A stretch of 64,000 nucleotides of DNA from positions 19,569 to 83,568 of the forward strand of contig CANMVY010000010.1 in assembly GCA_947501265.1 (NCBI GenBank), read 5' to 3'. Of the stretch, positions 11,580-21,468 are shown one piece after another (position 1 is the first letter of the stretch; every line of letters begins with the position of its first letter). The notes under the pieces were generated by a model that saw nothing but the letters and a program-made list of their open reading frames with translations, was not told the DNA's origin and did no database searches. The translations under genes and the position numbers were made by a program. The DNA is from Bacteroidota bacterium (GTDB taxonomy: Bacteria; Bacteroidota; Bacteroidia; UBA7662; CANHCV01).

Positions 11580-13514
11580 ATGAATTTACGGCGAAATCTC
11601 TTTGTACTCCTCTGTTTATTAACTGTTTGTTGCCTTCCTATGCGGGGGCAGCACTACGATTACATTTCGAAAAAGGAATACGATTGTAAAAAAAGTGAAC
11701 AATATTCAACTACCTCCTCTCAAAACACTTCGTTTCAACTGAAATTTACCGGTCTTTCAATTCGGGTCAGTCCCGAGTCGCGGAACATCACCGGTTCGGT
11801 AGTTTACCGCTTGAATTTGCTTGTTCCAACCACCAAAATTTGGGTTGATTTAAACGACACCCTCACCTGCGATCGGGTTGTTTCTTCCGTTCCCATTCAG
11901 GCCTTTCGAACCAGCCAAAATCAAATTGAAATCGAGTGGCCCGCCCCGGTTCAAGGCAACATCCAACTCCAAATCGATTACCACGGAACCGTGGTTAACA
12001 CCCCTGGATTTGGATCTTACGTAACGGCTTTCCACGATTCAGTTCCCATTTTATGGACCCTTTCCCAGCCCTATGGCGCACGAGATTGGTGGCCAAGTTT
12101 CCAAACGTTGGGCTACAAATCCGACACCACCGTCATCGACATCACTTGCCCAACGATGAATAGCCGAGGCGATTCCCAAACGGCCGTTTCGAACGGATTA
12201 TTGGTTTCTAAGTCGCACCGCCCCGACACCACGTCTCGTTTCATCTACCAAACCAACTTTAAAACGGCTCCGTATTTGATCGCCATTGCGGTAACCAACT
12301 TCAAACAAGCCAACGATACCCTGCGAACCTCCCAAGGACCGTTGTTGAATGAAACGTTTTATTACCCCGAAGACACCCTTTTTTATCAACGACGACTGGA
12401 AAATCTACAAGGTTTTTTCGATGTGTTTGAAAACTTGTTTGGTCCATACCCTTTCCATGCCGAGAAACACGGTCACACCCAGTGGGGACGAGGCGGTGGC
12501 ATGGAACATCAAACCAATAGTTTTGTGGTGGACATGGGATTTGGCTTGATCTCTCACGAATTGGCCCATCAATGGTTCGGTGATTTGGTGACTTGCGCAT
12601 CGTGGAGCGACATTTGGTTGAACGAAGGATTTGCCAGTTACCTCACGGGATTGTGTTACGAGCGTTTGTTGAACGGCTATTGGTACCCCATCTGGAAAAA
12701 GGGCGAGTTGGCTCGAGTGAGTGCTTTGGACAGCGGAAGCGTTTTCGTTCCCGACACTTCTTCGGTGAGTCGCATTTTTAGTAGCCGTTTAACCTATTCA
12801 AAAGGCGCCATGATCTTGCATCAACTGCGTTGGGAAATGGGCGATACCGCTTTTTTCTTAGCGTTGAAAAATTACATCAACGATCCTCAATTGCGGTTTA
12901 GCTTTTCGAAAACCGATGATTTAATCGGTTATTTCAATCGGGCATCCGGGAGAAATTGGGATGGATATTTCGATGATTGGTTGTACGGCCAAGGGGTGCC
13001 CTTGTATTCGGTTCAATTTCAGCAGCGGGGATCGAAAGTGATCAGCCGTTTTGTGCAATCTACGACCCATTCTTCGGTTTCACTTTTCGAGCAGAAGTTA
13101 AAAGTTCGGTGGTACAACGAGTCGAAAACCGATTCGGTGGATCAAGTCGTTGAAATACGGCAGAACGATCAATCGTTTGAATTCATGGCACCGTTTGTGG
13201 TGGCTTCTGCGGTCATCGATCCCGATTTCCTGAGCATCCAACGCACCTTAAAAGTGGAGCCTGTTTACTCGGATGTTCCGGTAGTTTATCCCAATCCTAT
13301 GCGGGATCAATTCGAAATTGCTTGGGCACCACCTACCGCAACCGAAGGCCAAGTTCGGGTGTACAATGCCCTTGGGCAGGTTGTCTTGCAGCAAACTTGG
13401 CCATCTGCAAAAGCCATTCATGAAGTCAATATGCGTACCTTTGAGTCGGGCAATTATTTTCTCGAAGTGGTTTTCGGGAATTTTCGATGGACCCGAACCT
13501 TGGTAAAGTATTGA
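11580..13514 (+). CDS. M1 family aminopeptidase with T9SS C-terminal sorting domain
   Basis: GGMEH, HELAH-x18-E, YSKG, C-terminal VYPNP...YNALG...GNYFL...LVK. Confidence 0.92.
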   Translation: MNLRRNLFVLLCLLTVCCLPMRGQHYDYISKKEYDCKKSEQYSTTSSQNTSFQLKFTGLSIRVSPESRNITGSVVYRLNLLVPTTKIWVDLNDTLTCDRVVSSVPIQAFRTSQNQIEIEWPAPVQGNIQLQIDYHGTVVNTPGFGSYVTAFHDSVPILWTLSQPYGARDWWPSFQTLGYKSDTTVIDITCPTMNSRGDSQTAVSNGLLVSKSHRPDTTSRFIYQTNFKTAPYLIAIAVTNFKQANDTLRTSQGPLLNETFYYPEDTLFYQRRLENLQGFFDVFENLFGPYPFHAEKHGHTQWGRGGGMEHQTNSFVVDMGFGLISHELAHQWFGDLVTCASWSDIWLNEGFASYLTGLCYERLLNGYWYPIWKKGELARVSALDSGSVFVPDTSSVSRIFSSRLTYSKGAMILHQLRWEMGDTAFFLALKNYINDPQLRFSFSKTDDLIGYFNRASGRNWDGYFDDWLYGQGVPLYSVQFQQRGSKVISRFVQSTTHSSVSLFEQKLKVRWYNESKTDSVDQVVEIRQNDQSFEFMAPFVVASAVIDPDFLSIQRTLKVEPVYSDVPVVYPNPMRDQFEIAWAPPTATEGQVRVYNALGQVVLQQTWPSAKAIHEVNMRTFESGNYFLEVVFGNFRWTRTLVKY

Positions 13515-13518
13515 AGGA

Positions 13519-14709
13519 ATGAGTTGGCGACTCCGCTGTTTTTTTATTTCGATGGGCTTGTTTTTGGTCTGGCCCATGCTGGTGTTGATGGCTTCGCAGC
13601 TGCACCCGAGTTTGGCCAAATTGGCTTCTGCAAGGGATATTTGGATGTGGTTGCCCATCATTTTCCTTCTATTTCCTCTTTCATCATGGAAAGAAAATCT
13701 GCATCGAGGAATCGGACAAACTCCGATTTCTTTTTTGGTTTTTGTTGCCTTTTTGCTGGGTAGTTTGCTTTGGTCGACGCCCGAATTATCGCCTAAAATT
13801 TTATCGATCCGTCAGTTCATCAGTCCGTTGGTTTTGTGGTTGATTTCTCGGTGGGTTTTGAATTCAGAAGATATCCCCAAGATCCTTTCGTTTTTTTATC
13901 GATTGGGATGGTGGTTCATGGCCTTGGGCATTGTTCTCTACCTTTTCCCCATTTGGAATTGGATGGATATTGGACCGTTCGTGGCGGCCAAAAACCTCAA
14001 ATTGAACGACGAGGGCGTGATTGAATTCATGTACGAACCCATTTTGGGCGGCATGCCGCGCATGAGCAGCGTGTTGTTGGATCCCATCAATTTGGGTCAT
14101 TTCTGGATGGTGTTGTTTGCTTTGGACTGGAAGCAACCCCGATTGGGCTGGTGGGGACGAGTACTGTATGTGACTGCCATTGGATTTACGTTTTGCAAAG
14201 GCGCGGTGTTGCAGTTTGGCGTAGCCATGATTGGCTGGACGCGCCTTTTACCGCGTTGGATGAAGGCCATGGCCATCGGAGGAATGGGCTTGGTACTCGT
14301 CTTGGGCGCAAGTTTTCATCCCGGCATCCAAGCGCACTTGGGCGGTTTGGTTAATTCGTTCCGAACCATCACCGTTTTCGGACATGGATTGGGTTCGGTA
14401 GGAAATATTGTGGGGCGTTATTCTACGGCCGCGAATTTAGGAATTGGCGACACGTTCGTGGGCATGGTGATCGGGCAGTTGGGAATTGTTGGCTTTGGAA
14501 TTTGGCTTTGGAGCATGTGGGAGATGTTCCGGCGATCGAAAAATGAGTTGTTGTTGCAGTGCCTCTTCGCCGGGCAATTGTTTGTTAGCATCTTCTCCGA
14601 AACAGCTTATTACGCAACCAGCATGGTACTTTTACTGGTGCTCATGGGAGCTACTTCGGAGAAGAAACCGAATAAAAAATCCCGCTTCCGCGGGATTCAA
14701 AGGTCTTAA
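13519..14709 (+). CDS. Polytopic membrane protein, Wzy/O-antigen ligase-like
   Basis: ~10 TM segments, RMSSVLLDPINLG, FGHGLG, D-x5-IGQLGIVG pattern. Confidence 0.65.
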   Translation: MSWRLRCFFISMGLFLVWPMLVLMASQLHPSLAKLASARDIWMWLPIIFLLFPLSSWKENLHRGIGQTPISFLVFVAFLLGSLLWSTPELSPKILSIRQFISPLVLWLISRWVLNSEDIPKILSFFYRLGWWFMALGIVLYLFPIWNWMDIGPFVAAKNLKLNDEGVIEFMYEPILGGMPRMSSVLLDPINLGHFWMVLFALDWKQPRLGWWGRVLYVTAIGFTFCKGAVLQFGVAMIGWTRLLPRWMKAMAIGGMGLVLVLGASFHPGIQAHLGGLVNSFRTITVFGHGLGSVGNIVGRYSTAANLGIGDTFVGMVIGQLGIVGFGIWLWSMWEMFRRSKNELLLQCLFAGQLFVSIFSETAYYATSMVLLLVLMGATSEKKPNKKSRFRGIQRS

Positions 14710-14927
14710 TACTCGTCTTCGTTAAAGAAGAAATCGTCCTTGGTCGGATAATCAGGCCAAATTTCCTCGATGGATTCGTACGGCTCACCGTCATCTTCCA
14801 ATTCTTGCAAATTTTCAATCAATTCCAAAGGAGAACCCGAGCGAATCGCATAATCAATCAACTCGTCCTTGGTCGCAGGCCAAGGCGCATCCTCTAAATA
14901 CGATGCTAATTCAAGTGTCCAATACAT
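14706..14927 (-). CDS. DUF2795 family protein
   Basis: Highly conserved MYWTLELASYLEDAPWPATKDELIDY...FFFNEDEY. Confidence 0.93.
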   Translation of the reverse strand: MYWTLELASYLEDAPWPATKDELIDYAIRSGSPLELIENLQELEDDGEPYESIEEIWPDYPTKDDFFFNEDEY

Positions 14928-15036
14928 AGTCGTCTATTTTTGCGCAAATATAAAAGCAAACTTGAAACATCAAAGAGAAATTTTTGTTTTCTAAAAATGA
15001 CTTTTTGAAGAATTTTTTTCGCACTTTCGCCCTTGC

Positions 15037-15684
15037 ATGAAACGATGGTTGAGTTATTTAGGTCCTATTCGATTAAAAACCGTGGATTCTTCCCTGCATA
15101 AAGATCTTCACATTGCCCTCGATTCGGGAAAGAAAGTGCTGCATGCCGGTACCGTGAACTACAGCTATGGTCCTTTGCAGCACATCTTGGAAGAAGGTTT
15201 GCGCCACTACCTTCCAACCGCTACGCCACAATCCATCCTGCTTTTGGGGTTGGGCGCCGGTTCGGTAGTGGAATCCCTTCGGGAAAAATTCCTCGTTTCG
15301 GCGCCCATCACTGCGGTTGAAATCGATCCCCAAATGGCGGAAATCGCCAAAACCGAATTCCAGATCGGCCGATTCCCCAACGTTTCCATTCACATCGATT
15401 CGGCCGAAAACCATCTCTCCTCCCATCCAACCCATCACGACTTGATCATCGTTGATCTTTTCTTCAACCAACACATTCCCGCATCTTGTTTAACACCTTC
15501 TTTTTTTGAACAACTTTACCTGCACCTTCAACCCAAGGGCACCGTCCTGTTTAATACCTTCCGAGATACCTTTTCAAAAAATAATAAAAATGCCCTAACT
15601 TCCTTCTTTGAAAAAAAGAACTGTAAAATAACCGTCCTTGAAAACGTGGGAACCACCAACGATTTATTCCTAATTTCGGCATGA
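15037..15684 (+). CDS. Spermidine-synthase-like class I SAM methyltransferase
   Basis: NYSYG, LLLGLGAGS, VEIDP, DLIIVDLF. Confidence 0.82.
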   Translation: MKRWLSYLGPIRLKTVDSSLHKDLHIALDSGKKVLHAGTVNYSYGPLQHILEEGLRHYLPTATPQSILLLGLGAGSVVESLREKFLVSAPITAVEIDPQMAEIAKTEFQIGRFPNVSIHIDSAENHLSSHPTHHDLIIVDLFFNQHIPASCLTPSFFEQLYLHLQPKGTVLFNTFRDTFSKNNKNALTSFFEKKNCKITVLENVGTTNDLFLISA

Positions 15685-16736
15685 GCATCGATTTTTCTTC
15701 TTTATTCTTTCTGCACTTCGGGTTCTTTCCCCACGAGCCCATTTCCCATTGGCCGACACCCGTTTTTCCGTTTTCCGATTCCAAAGCGAAGCCGCTTCAA
15801 ATGCTATCCCAATCCATCCAGAAGTCCATTCAATCGCATAACGAAGTGGCCTTGTTGCTCAGTGGCGGCTTGGATAGCCGCATCATTTTGGTAGAATTGT
15901 TGAAACATCTTCCCCCAAAATCCATTCATACCATCACCTACGGCTATCCCAGGACTTGGGATTTTTCCATTGGAAATCTATTAGCCCAAAAGGCGGGAAC
16001 GCGACATACAGCTATTGATCTTTCCGTTCCGCCAACTGTTGAACAAATCATGGAGCGCGATCGAGCAAACCGCCGAAGCTCCCATCCACTTTTCAGCATC
16101 CCGTGGGACCAATTCCGTGGAAATGTTTTGCCGGTTTTTACCGGTTTTCTGGGCGATTGGCTCACCGAACTCCCAAGGGAAGAAAGCCTTCCACATCCCG
16201 AGGAGCTCTGGAAAAAAAACCAAGGCATTCGAAATTGGAATTTACCGCCCATTCATTTGGAAGGCAACCCTGTTTCTTTCCGAAAATTCGAATGGGAATG
16301 GTACTACCAAAGAGGGCTTTTTCCTTCTTTTCACCCCCAAAGCCAAATCACCGTACATCCTTTTTTGGATGAAGCGGTTATTCAGGCCTTTTTATCGGTT
16401 CCCTCCTCGCTTCAATTGGAGCAAAAAGGCTATCAAGCCGCTCTTTTGGAGTGGTCTCCCGAGTGGTTCAAACTCCCAGTAAAACGAACGTATGGATTGG
16501 GTTTGCACCGAAAACCCTGGCAAGAATGGTGCGTAAAAACTTCTGGGCCGATCTTAAGGAAATGGGGATTTTTGCCGGTAAATCGCAGCACCAATTATGC
16601 CGATTATCGGAATATCTTCGAGCAATCCGAGTGGAGAGACGTGGAGGAAATGGCCATGAAAAAACTGAATGCGTGGGAAATTGACCCGCCGAAAACGTTC
16701 GAGCAACGGTTACGCATCTTACCTTTGGCGTGGTGA
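15681..16736 (+). CDS. Asparagine-synthase C-terminal-domain protein (ATP-pyrophosphatase), no glutaminase domain
   Basis: LLSGGLDSR PP-loop, TYG, G-x-x-GD, HPFLD. Confidence 0.75.
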   Translation: MSIDFSSLFFLHFGFFPHEPISHWPTPVFPFSDSKAKPLQMLSQSIQKSIQSHNEVALLLSGGLDSRIILVELLKHLPPKSIHTITYGYPRTWDFSIGNLLAQKAGTRHTAIDLSVPPTVEQIMERDRANRRSSHPLFSIPWDQFRGNVLPVFTGFLGDWLTELPREESLPHPEELWKKNQGIRNWNLPPIHLEGNPVSFRKFEWEWYYQRGLFPSFHPQSQITVHPFLDEAVIQAFLSVPSSLQLEQKGYQAALLEWSPEWFKLPVKRTYGLGLHRKPWQEWCVKTSGPILRKWGFLPVNRSTNYADYRNIFEQSEWRDVEEMAMKKLNAWEIDPPKTFEQRLRILPLAW

Positions 16737-17623
16737 AAATTCACAAACGAAATACCATCGATGCGGAACGCTGGGACGAAACCGTTTGGAAAGAAAGCGG
16801 GATGCCCTATTTCTATTCCGGCTTTTTAGACGCGGTCAATCCGCGTTGGCAGGCCTTGATTTCAGACGATTACGAAAAGATTTTTCCCATTCCCATAAAA
16901 ACATATTTGGGCATTGAAGTTGCCCGCCAACCGTTGGCGTGTCAGCAACTCGGACTCCTGGGCGGGAATACGGCCGACTTTTTTTCTGCCTTAAAATGGA
17001 TCAAAGCCGAAATTCGATGGGTTCAACTCACGTTGGGTTTGCCTCCCAAACTCACTTTTGAAGCGTTGGAAGAGGAGGCAAAAAAGCAAAAATTCAAGGT
17101 GGAAAAACGCATCACCTATCGTTTAGACTTAAGCACCGATGAGTTCCACCCGTGGGACAACATTTCGGATCATCACCGCCGTCACATCCGCAAATTCCAA
17201 TCGAACGGATGCCACATTGCACCCATTTCTTCTTTGGCATGCATTCATTTCTTTGAAGAACATCAGGGCAAATCGTTAAAACTTCCTCTTTCCTTTTACC
17301 AACGGTTCAAGAAAATTGCTGAAATGGAAAACGAGCCGTTTCGGGTGAAATGTTGGGGCGCTTTCGAGGGCGTTCATTTGCGCAGTGTAATGGCGATTTT
17401 AGAAAGCAGCGGTTGGCGAATTTATTGGTTAAGCGCCACCGATGACGTGGGCAAAAAACTTTCCGCAGCACAAGGGTTGGTGTACCACGGATTATCAGAA
17501 GCGTTTGAATCGAAAAGCAAATGGGATTTTGAAGGCGGCATGAAGCCCGGTTTGGCCAAGTTTTATGCGGGATTTGGGGCTGAAGCTCGTGAATATGCCT
17601 ATTTGAAAGCTTGGAGCCTTTGA
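16730..17623 (+). CDS. GNAT/FemAB-like acyltransferase
   Basis: ID-x-x-x-WD start, QPLACQQLG, WDFEGG...LAKFYAGFGA. Confidence 0.8.
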   Translation: MVKIHKRNTIDAERWDETVWKESGMPYFYSGFLDAVNPRWQALISDDYEKIFPIPIKTYLGIEVARQPLACQQLGLLGGNTADFFSALKWIKAEIRWVQLTLGLPPKLTFEALEEEAKKQKFKVEKRITYRLDLSTDEFHPWDNISDHHRRHIRKFQSNGCHIAPISSLACIHFFEEHQGKSLKLPLSFYQRFKKIAEMENEPFRVKCWGAFEGVHLRSVMAILESSGWRIYWLSATDDVGKKLSAAQGLVYHGLSEAFESKSKWDFEGGMKPGLAKFYAGFGAEAREYAYLKAWSL

Positions 17624-17663
17624 TTTCAATTCCTTTTTCGTACCTTTCATAAAAAATTATTTC

Positions 17664-18890
17664 ATGAAAAAACTTGCCTTTCTCCTCTTGGGAGGACTTT
17701 TTGCTTTTCAAGTTTCTGCACAAAATAACGCGTTGAATTTCGACGGAATCGATGATTACGTTCAAACCAGCATTCCTTCGATTCAAGGAACGGCTGCAAA
17801 AACGTACGAAGCATGGATTCGTACCACCGCAAATGCAAATCCGAATGCCGGTGGTACTCAAAAAGCCATTATTGATATGGGTTCGTTCACCACCGGAGCA
17901 CGATTTACCATGAGTTTGTTGTTCAATAACGGCATTCGAATTGAAGTGGGAGGAAGTGGCCTGAATTCTACCCGTCCGCTCAACGACGGGCTATGGCACC
18001 ATGTGGCTGCGGTGTACGATCCCTTGAGTTCTTCTGCTTCTTACTTTTTATACGTAGATGGAGCTTTGGATACCAGTGGGGTATTGACTACGGCCATCAA
18101 TACCGGCGCGGGAGATGTGGTGATCGGGCGCAGGATCGATGGCATCAATCGTTGGAACGGCGATTTGGATGAAGTTCGGATCTGGAGTGTGGCGCGGACG
18201 GCCAGCGAAATTCAAACCAATTACAACAAGCGCCTTTGTTCGTTTCCGGGTACTTTGGCCGGGTATTACCGCTTTAACCAGGGCGTTGCTGGTGGAAACA
18301 ATGTGCTCGTTTCCACCGCCATCAACGAACTAACTCGAAATGGAGACGGGATCTTGAATAACTTTTCGCTAACGGGAACCTCCTCCAATTGGGTGGCAAG
18401 TAGCGTCCTGTTGGATACGGTAGATACGCGAGTTACCCGTTCGGGAAACACGTTCACAGCCGTTGCCACGAACGCTCAATTTCAATGGTTGAATTGCAAC
18501 GGCTTTTCAGTCATTTCCAACGCGACCAATTCAACATTTTCGGCTACGGCAAACGGAAGTTATGCCGTAAAGGTGACTCAAAACGGCTGCTCGGATACGT
18601 CCGCCTGTTACACGGTTACGGGCGTTGGAACATCATCAACCACCTTAGAGGAAAACCTGCTGATTTATCCCATGCCGTTGAATGATGGAGGAACAGTACA
18701 ATTCGGAGGGCAGGGTTCTTTTTCGGTAAAATTAATTGACATGACGGGAAAGGTTGTGCTGTTTCAAAACGGAAATGGAACATCTCCGCTGTTCATTTCC
18801 ACAACGACCTTGAAAAACGGCATGTATCTGCTGGAATTAGAAAGTCAAATGGGAGTATTCATTCGGAAAAAGGTCACTCTTCTTCATTAA
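17664..18890 (+). CDS. LamG-like jellyroll protein with T9SS sorting domain
   Basis: ALNFDGIDDYV, WHHVAAVY, LYVDG, GDLDEVRIW; C-terminal IYP...DMTGK...GMYLL. Confidence 0.88.
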   Translation: MKKLAFLLLGGLFAFQVSAQNNALNFDGIDDYVQTSIPSIQGTAAKTYEAWIRTTANANPNAGGTQKAIIDMGSFTTGARFTMSLLFNNGIRIEVGGSGLNSTRPLNDGLWHHVAAVYDPLSSSASYFLYVDGALDTSGVLTTAINTGAGDVVIGRRIDGINRWNGDLDEVRIWSVARTASEIQTNYNKRLCSFPGTLAGYYRFNQGVAGGNNVLVSTAINELTRNGDGILNNFSLTGTSSNWVASSVLLDTVDTRVTRSGNTFTAVATNAQFQWLNCNGFSVISNATNSTFSATANGSYAVKVTQNGCSDTSACYTVTGVGTSSTTLEENLLIYPMPLNDGGTVQFGGQGSFSVKLIDMTGKVVLFQNGNGTSPLFISTTTLKNGMYLLELESQMGVFIRKKVTLLH

Positions 18891-19016
18891 ACCAACCAAA
18901 CTTTTAGTTTAGTTCGCCTTCGTTTAAGTGAACTCACCGTGAAGACGCACCGAAAGAACATCATGTTCAAAACCGAATCGAAAAACCTGGCCGATTTGCT
19001 TCGGAAGTTTTAACCG

Positions 19017-19850
19017 TTACGATTCAGTTAGGGCCAGGTACAATTGCACCGCTTGCCTCGCTTCTTTTACGTCGTGCACCCGCAAAATTTGAGCTCCGCG
19101 CTCCAAGGCAAAGGCATGCAAAATGCTGGTCCCGTTGAGCGCGTCTTCCGGCCAAGTTCCCAAAACCTTGTTGATCATACTCTTGCGAGAAACGCCCACT
19201 AAAACAGGCACATGGAGCTGCTGAAACGTTTCCAAATTGCGCAGCATTTGGTAATTGTGATGCAAGGCCTTCCCAAATCCAAATCCAGGATCTACCACCA
19301 AATCGGTTACTCCCAACTTCCTCAATTCTTGCAATTTATTGAATAAAAACGACATCACATCGGCCGTTACAGCCCGGTAATGCGGGTCTTTTTGCATGGA
19401 AACCGGAATGCCTTGCATGTGCATGAGCACGTACGGACAGTTTCGCTCCGCCACCAAAGAAAACATGTTGGGATCGAGCTCCCCCGCGCTGATATCGTTC
19501 ACCCAAAATGCTCCAGCATCCAAAGCAGCGCGGGCCACTTCGCTGCGGTAGGTATCGATGGAGAGCGTTGCGTGAGGAAAATGTTTGGCCAACAATTCGA
19601 TGGCCGGCAGCACCCGGTCCATCTCTTCTTGAACGGAAACGGCAACGGCTCCAGGGCGGGTACTCATGCCGCCAACATCCAATACCTCTGCTCCGTCTTC
19701 CAACATGCGGTTGGCGGTTTCCAACAACGTCTCTACTTGGATACGGCTACCCTCGAAAAACGAATCGGGGGTACAATTCAAAATGCCCATCACGGCGGGA
19801 GTGTTCAAATCTATCGTACCGCGTTTGCTGCGAATCATCGTGGTTTTCAT
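19017..19850 (-). CDS. folP: Dihydropteroate synthase
   Basis: MGILNCTPDSF, STRPGA, SIDT, DPGFGFGK, SRKS, LRVHDV. Confidence 0.97.
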   Translation of the reverse strand: MKTTMIRSKRGTIDLNTPAVMGILNCTPDSFFEGSRIQVETLLETANRMLEDGAEVLDVGGMSTRPGAVAVSVQEEMDRVLPAIELLAKHFPHATLSIDTYRSEVARAALDAGAFWVNDISAGELDPNMFSLVAERNCPYVLMHMQGIPVSMQKDPHYRAVTADVMSFLFNKLQELRKLGVTDLVVDPGFGFGKALHHNYQMLRNLETFQQLHVPVLVGVSRKSMINKVLGTWPEDALNGTSILHAFALERGAQILRVHDVKEARQAVQLYLALTES

Positions 19851-20299
19851 TCTACTTCTCCCCTCTTTAACTGCCGATCCATATCTCTGGATTTGATGGC
19901 ATCTCGCTTATCGAATAACTTTTTCCCTTTCACCAATGCAATTTGAATCTTCGCGAATCCGCGCTCCCCGAAATGAATATCCAAGGGAACAATTGTAACA
20001 CCTTGATCTTTAAGTCTTTCACGAATTTTCTTCAACTCCGATTTGTTAAGCAAAAGGGTTCGCATGCGTCGGGGTGGATGTTGGGAAAATCCGGCGTGAG
20101 TATACTCGGAAATGTGTAAACTGGTGATGGTAAGTTGGCCACCTGTGAACGAACAATAAGCATCGCCCACGTTTACCTTACCATCCCGAAGCGATTTAAC
20201 TTCGGAACCGGTGAGCATAACGCCGGCCTCAAATTCTTGAAGCACGTGGTACTCGTAGAATGCTTTGCGATTGGAAACAACGGTGAAGGGCTTACTCAT
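19847..20299 (-). CDS. smpB: SsrA-binding protein
   Basis: NRKAFYEY, EAG-x-x-L-x-GSEVKS, LLL-x-K-x-E, KGKK-x-x-DKR. Confidence 0.97.
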   Translation of the reverse strand: MSKPFTVVSNRKAFYEYHVLQEFEAGVMLTGSEVKSLRDGKVNVGDAYCSFTGGQLTITSLHISEYTHAGFSQHPPRRMRTLLLNKSELKKIRERLKDQGVTIVPLDIHFGERGFAKIQIALVKGKKLFDKRDAIKSRDMDRQLKRGEVE

Positions 20300-20690
20300 G
20301 GGAAATGGATGTAAAAATGCGGGAAATCTTCTCTTTTTTCAAAATTTTTTGTCCGGTTTTTCCGGTAGCGATGCACCGATCGCCAACGAATACATCGATG
20401 GAGCAGATGACTTCGTGGCCGGATACGGAAAGCAGCATGGCGGTTAGGGTCACTTCTTGGCCCACCAAAGCCGGACTTTTGTGTTGAATTTCGAGGAAAG
20501 TGCCGATGCCTTCTTCGTCTTCATCCAGCATTTCGAGCACGAATTGCCGGCCGGCCCATTCCAGATCGCGGGCCAACGCAAACGTGGCATAAACCGGGTG
20601 CACTTGGCCCGTTTCAAAAGCTGCGGTGTCGGCCGGTTGAACGAGATGACGAATGGTTAGGGTTTGGCCGATGGAAAACGGATTCTTCAT
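20292..20690 (-). CDS. FlK-like (fluoroacetyl-CoA) hot-dog thioesterase
   Basis: VHPVYAT, E, GIGT-x-L-x-I-x-H-x-SPA motifs. Confidence 0.85.
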   Translation of the reverse strand: MKNPFSIGQTLTIRHLVQPADTAAFETGQVHPVYATFALARDLEWAGRQFVLEMLDEDEEGIGTFLEIQHKSPALVGQEVTLTAMLLSVSGHEVICSIDVFVGDRCIATGKTGQKILKKEKISRIFTSISHE

Positions 20691-21358
20691 CGGTTAGCTT
20701 TTTTGAGCAATAAATTGTGCGCTACTTTGCTGGTGATGAGGATTTCTGTGGCATTGGGCGCCATTTTAACCACGTAAGAATCGTCGAAAGGATGGTGTTC
20801 AACAATGGTCAGAACGGTTCCGAGTGCAATTCCCATTCGGGTGAGAAGGCGCAGGAAGTCGGTATCGTCTTCGGTTACTGCGCACACTTTCCAGATATGT
20901 TGAAAATCGGTAATTTGGGTGAGGGGAACAGCGGCGATGGAGCGAATGTGGCCATCGGCGGAAGGAATGGGATCGCCGTGGGGGTCAATTTCAGGAAATC
21001 CCAAAAACACATCCAACCGCTCGATCAGCAGGTCGGAATCGATGTGTTCCAATTCTTCGGCAATTTCGTGAATTTCGTCCCAGGTGAACTGTAGCTTTTC
21101 AACTAAAAAAACCTCCCAAATGCGGTGCCTACGTATGATCGACAAAGCTAATTTAGCTCCTTCTTGCGTTAGAAAAGCACCTTTGTACTTCACGTGGTCC
21201 ACCAACTTCTTTTCGTGAAGCTTCTTAATCATGTCGGTTACCGAAGCCGGTGTGCTTTTCAATAAATCAGCCAAAGCATTGGTGTTGACCGACTTATTGG
21301 AGCCATCGCTCAATTTATAGAGCGCTTTTAAGTAGTTTTCTTCGGTTATGGAAAGCAT
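20687..21358 (-). CDS. mntR: DtxR/MntR family metal-dependent repressor with FeoA domain
   Basis: EENYLKALY, ASVTDMIKKL, RRHRIWE, HEIAEELEH, DPHGDPIP. Confidence 0.93.
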   Translation of the reverse strand: MLSITEENYLKALYKLSDGSNKSVNTNALADLLKSTPASVTDMIKKLHEKKLVDHVKYKGAFLTQEGAKLALSIIRRHRIWEVFLVEKLQFTWDEIHEIAEELEHIDSDLLIERLDVFLGFPEIDPHGDPIPSADGHIRSIAAVPLTQITDFQHIWKVCAVTEDDTDFLRLLTRMGIALGTVLTIVEHHPFDDSYVVKMAPNATEILITSKVAHNLLLKKANR

Positions 21359-21468
21359 TCTACAAATGTAAATAAAGAATAAATAGGGTTATCTTTGGGA
21401 GCAGAAAAGTTTTGGTTTATCTTACTAACCAGTTCCAACCAATTGACGTCCATTTCTGTTATCGAAAT

